A DNA stretch of 64,000 bases. Source: Azolla caroliniana (Eukaryota > Plantae > Polypodiophyta). Location: assembly GCA_043228905.1 (NCBI GenBank), contig JBHGNT010000013.1, positions 17,174,001-17,238,000 on the forward strand. The letters run 5' to 3'. The position numbers and the translations under genes are program-made. The notes beneath the pieces are model-generated. The model did no database searches. It saw only the letters and a program-made list of their open reading frames with translations, and was not told the origin of the DNA. Each line of letters opens with the position of its first letter. The first letter of the stretch is position 1. Shown here piece after piece: positions 62,301 to 64,000 of the stretch.

Positions 62301-63692
62301 GCATTATTTTCCTCATTTCATCTTGCATCTAGATTATACAACACCACACTATGACAAAGTTAACATCTATGCAGGAGTAAAAGAATGCAACAGGAGCCAG
62401 TAATAGAACTTAGCACAGATAAGTTGTACCTTTTGGATTTGTATCTCTTTCTCGAGCACCAATTCATCTGGAAAAGACTGCACTGGAAATGTAGAAAGCT
62501 GTAACTTTGATTCAAGCAAAGCAACCTCTTTTTTCAGCTGCTTGATCAGATCTTTCTCTGAGATAACCTGAACATTCATGAGACCATATACTTTGAGAAA
62601 TTACGGAAATTATATGTCAAGGAAACACTGTAGGGATTTGCATATAGTAATGTTATATATAGACTACAGATCCTCACCATGTTTACTTGGGCTCGATTTG
62701 TGACCTCTTTTGCACAAGATGCAAAAAACAAAGTGTTTCGTGTCTGCTCAATGTGTCGATTTGATGGGCTTACCGTACAAATTACTGCTGTTCTTGCATT
62801 ACCACCAAGCGAGTTTTGTAAAATTCGTGTTAGCTTCGAATCTCGAAAAGGAATATGACCTGATTTTGCTCTGTTTGACTCACTGCATCATCATGAGCAA
62901 CATTATTGAAGGTATATACTATACTTGAATTTTTCAAATTCCACCAATGCATAGAAGCAGTGTTGAAATACCTGAGCTTCCGGATTACAGTACTTAAAGT
63001 TAGAAGACTACGATTGATATAACAACCTTCCTTTAGTCTAGTTCCATCAGATTGAGAAAGAGATGCACGTTCACTTCCTGCAAGATCAATGAAATTCTGT
63101 ACAGAAAATTTAATTTTTGTGGCAAAAAATACAAATATAGAGAAAACTTCGAAATACTGATAACTGGGGGGTCTATGCGAAAATAAAGGAAATCTCAGGG
63201 ATATTTCAGAGTTTTTCCCTATTATATATATATATATATATTATCATCAGTTAAATGTCTAGATTACTTGCAGATGGAGCCTAAACTTACCAAATATGCA
63301 ATGAGGGATTTTGCAGGCCTTTCATCCATCATCACTTGAGAATGGCTTTCAATCGTCTGACCAACAGGAGCAAAGAGACAGCAAATTACGTCAATAAGAG
63401 AGGAAAATATAGTCATTTATAACCGATGCAGTAAGTTTCCTTATTACAGAACATACCATTCTGATGATCTGATGAGATCTTGAGCTAATATCATTCATAG
63501 CTGTCTCTCCAACCTGCCTGTGAGCTACAAAAATGATGATCCATATATTTAATACTTGAACTAATGCTTAGAAGGGCCTTTACTAGGAACTGTCAAAATA
63601 AGTTACATACTCTCACAAAATGCGAGAAGGTTATGGAGATGATCTTTATCCTGCACAACTTTCTCTGTCAATCCCTCTACAACTGTTCCTTT
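59346..63692 (-). CDS. NACK1: Kinesin-7, NACK1/HINKEL-like; 5'-partial, continues beyond the window end
   Basis: Exons on the minus strand: 63692-63611, 63524-63457, 63356-63291, 63096-62972, 62882-62678, 62567-62430, 62328-62224, 61843-60982, 60899-60808, 60529-60222, 59670-59346 (2376 nt, in frame). Motor motifs [32 protein letters not shown]-type tail [11 protein letters not shown] and [18 protein letters not shown] (DUF3490-like). Confidence 0.88.
59700..60210. repeat. Degenerate ~60-70-bp minisatellite filling the last kinesin intron
   Basis: Recurrent TTAGTGGC(A/T)TATTTAGTGAGAACTAAAAC, about 7-8 copies. Confidence 0.75.
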
Positions 63693-64000
63693 CTGCAAAT
63701 GATATATGAATAGTCACTGGCATGTAGAGAGCATATTAAGAATGATAGATATGGAGTTTATTAGAAAAGAAGATGATTATCTTCCACCTCACAGAGGACA
63801 ATGTAAAATGAAAAGAGATTCTAGATTAGTTAGGTGAGGTGTGATATAGTTAACAGATTTTTCTTATCAGTATTGTCAGCTTGTTGGTTGATGTACATTT
63901 TTTAGATGATATTCACATACAAATCGATGAGGACAAGTCTTATCCGTATGTATAATCATTTGGCATATAATGAGTATGAACATACTCAAAACCTGAGAGT

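Overview
Eukaryotic plant nuclear DNA: AT-rich, with GT-AG introns, microsatellites and one 100-N gap. The PPR and LINE types point to a fern or related non-seed plant (inference). Host genes: (1) an 8-exon WW-domain DEAD-box RNA helicase of the RH14/RH40/RH46 (DBP2/p68) group, + strand 22118-32105, whose C-terminus carries about 11 tandem repeats and 17 GW/WG motifs, a candidate Argonaute-hook platform; (2) an 8-exon PERK-type receptor-like kinase (-); (3-4) two intronless, divergently oriented PLS-class PPR genes, one ending in a KP-like truncated DYW region; (5) the 3' 11 exons of a NACK1/HINKEL-like kinesin-7 (-). Mobile DNA: a complete but inactivated Ty1/copia element (LTRs, PBS, PPT, 5-bp TSD), a 5'-truncated L1 with poly(A) and TSD, other LINE remnants, Mutator- and hAT-type MITEs, and tRNA-derived SINE heads. 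There is also a 3.2-kb composite retroposon bounded by a 13-bp TSD and poly(A), which joins an internally deleted L1, a ~205-bp tandem repeat and an intronless fragment of a plastidic glucose-transporter-like gene. All calls come from reading the sequence by eye; no database searches were run.
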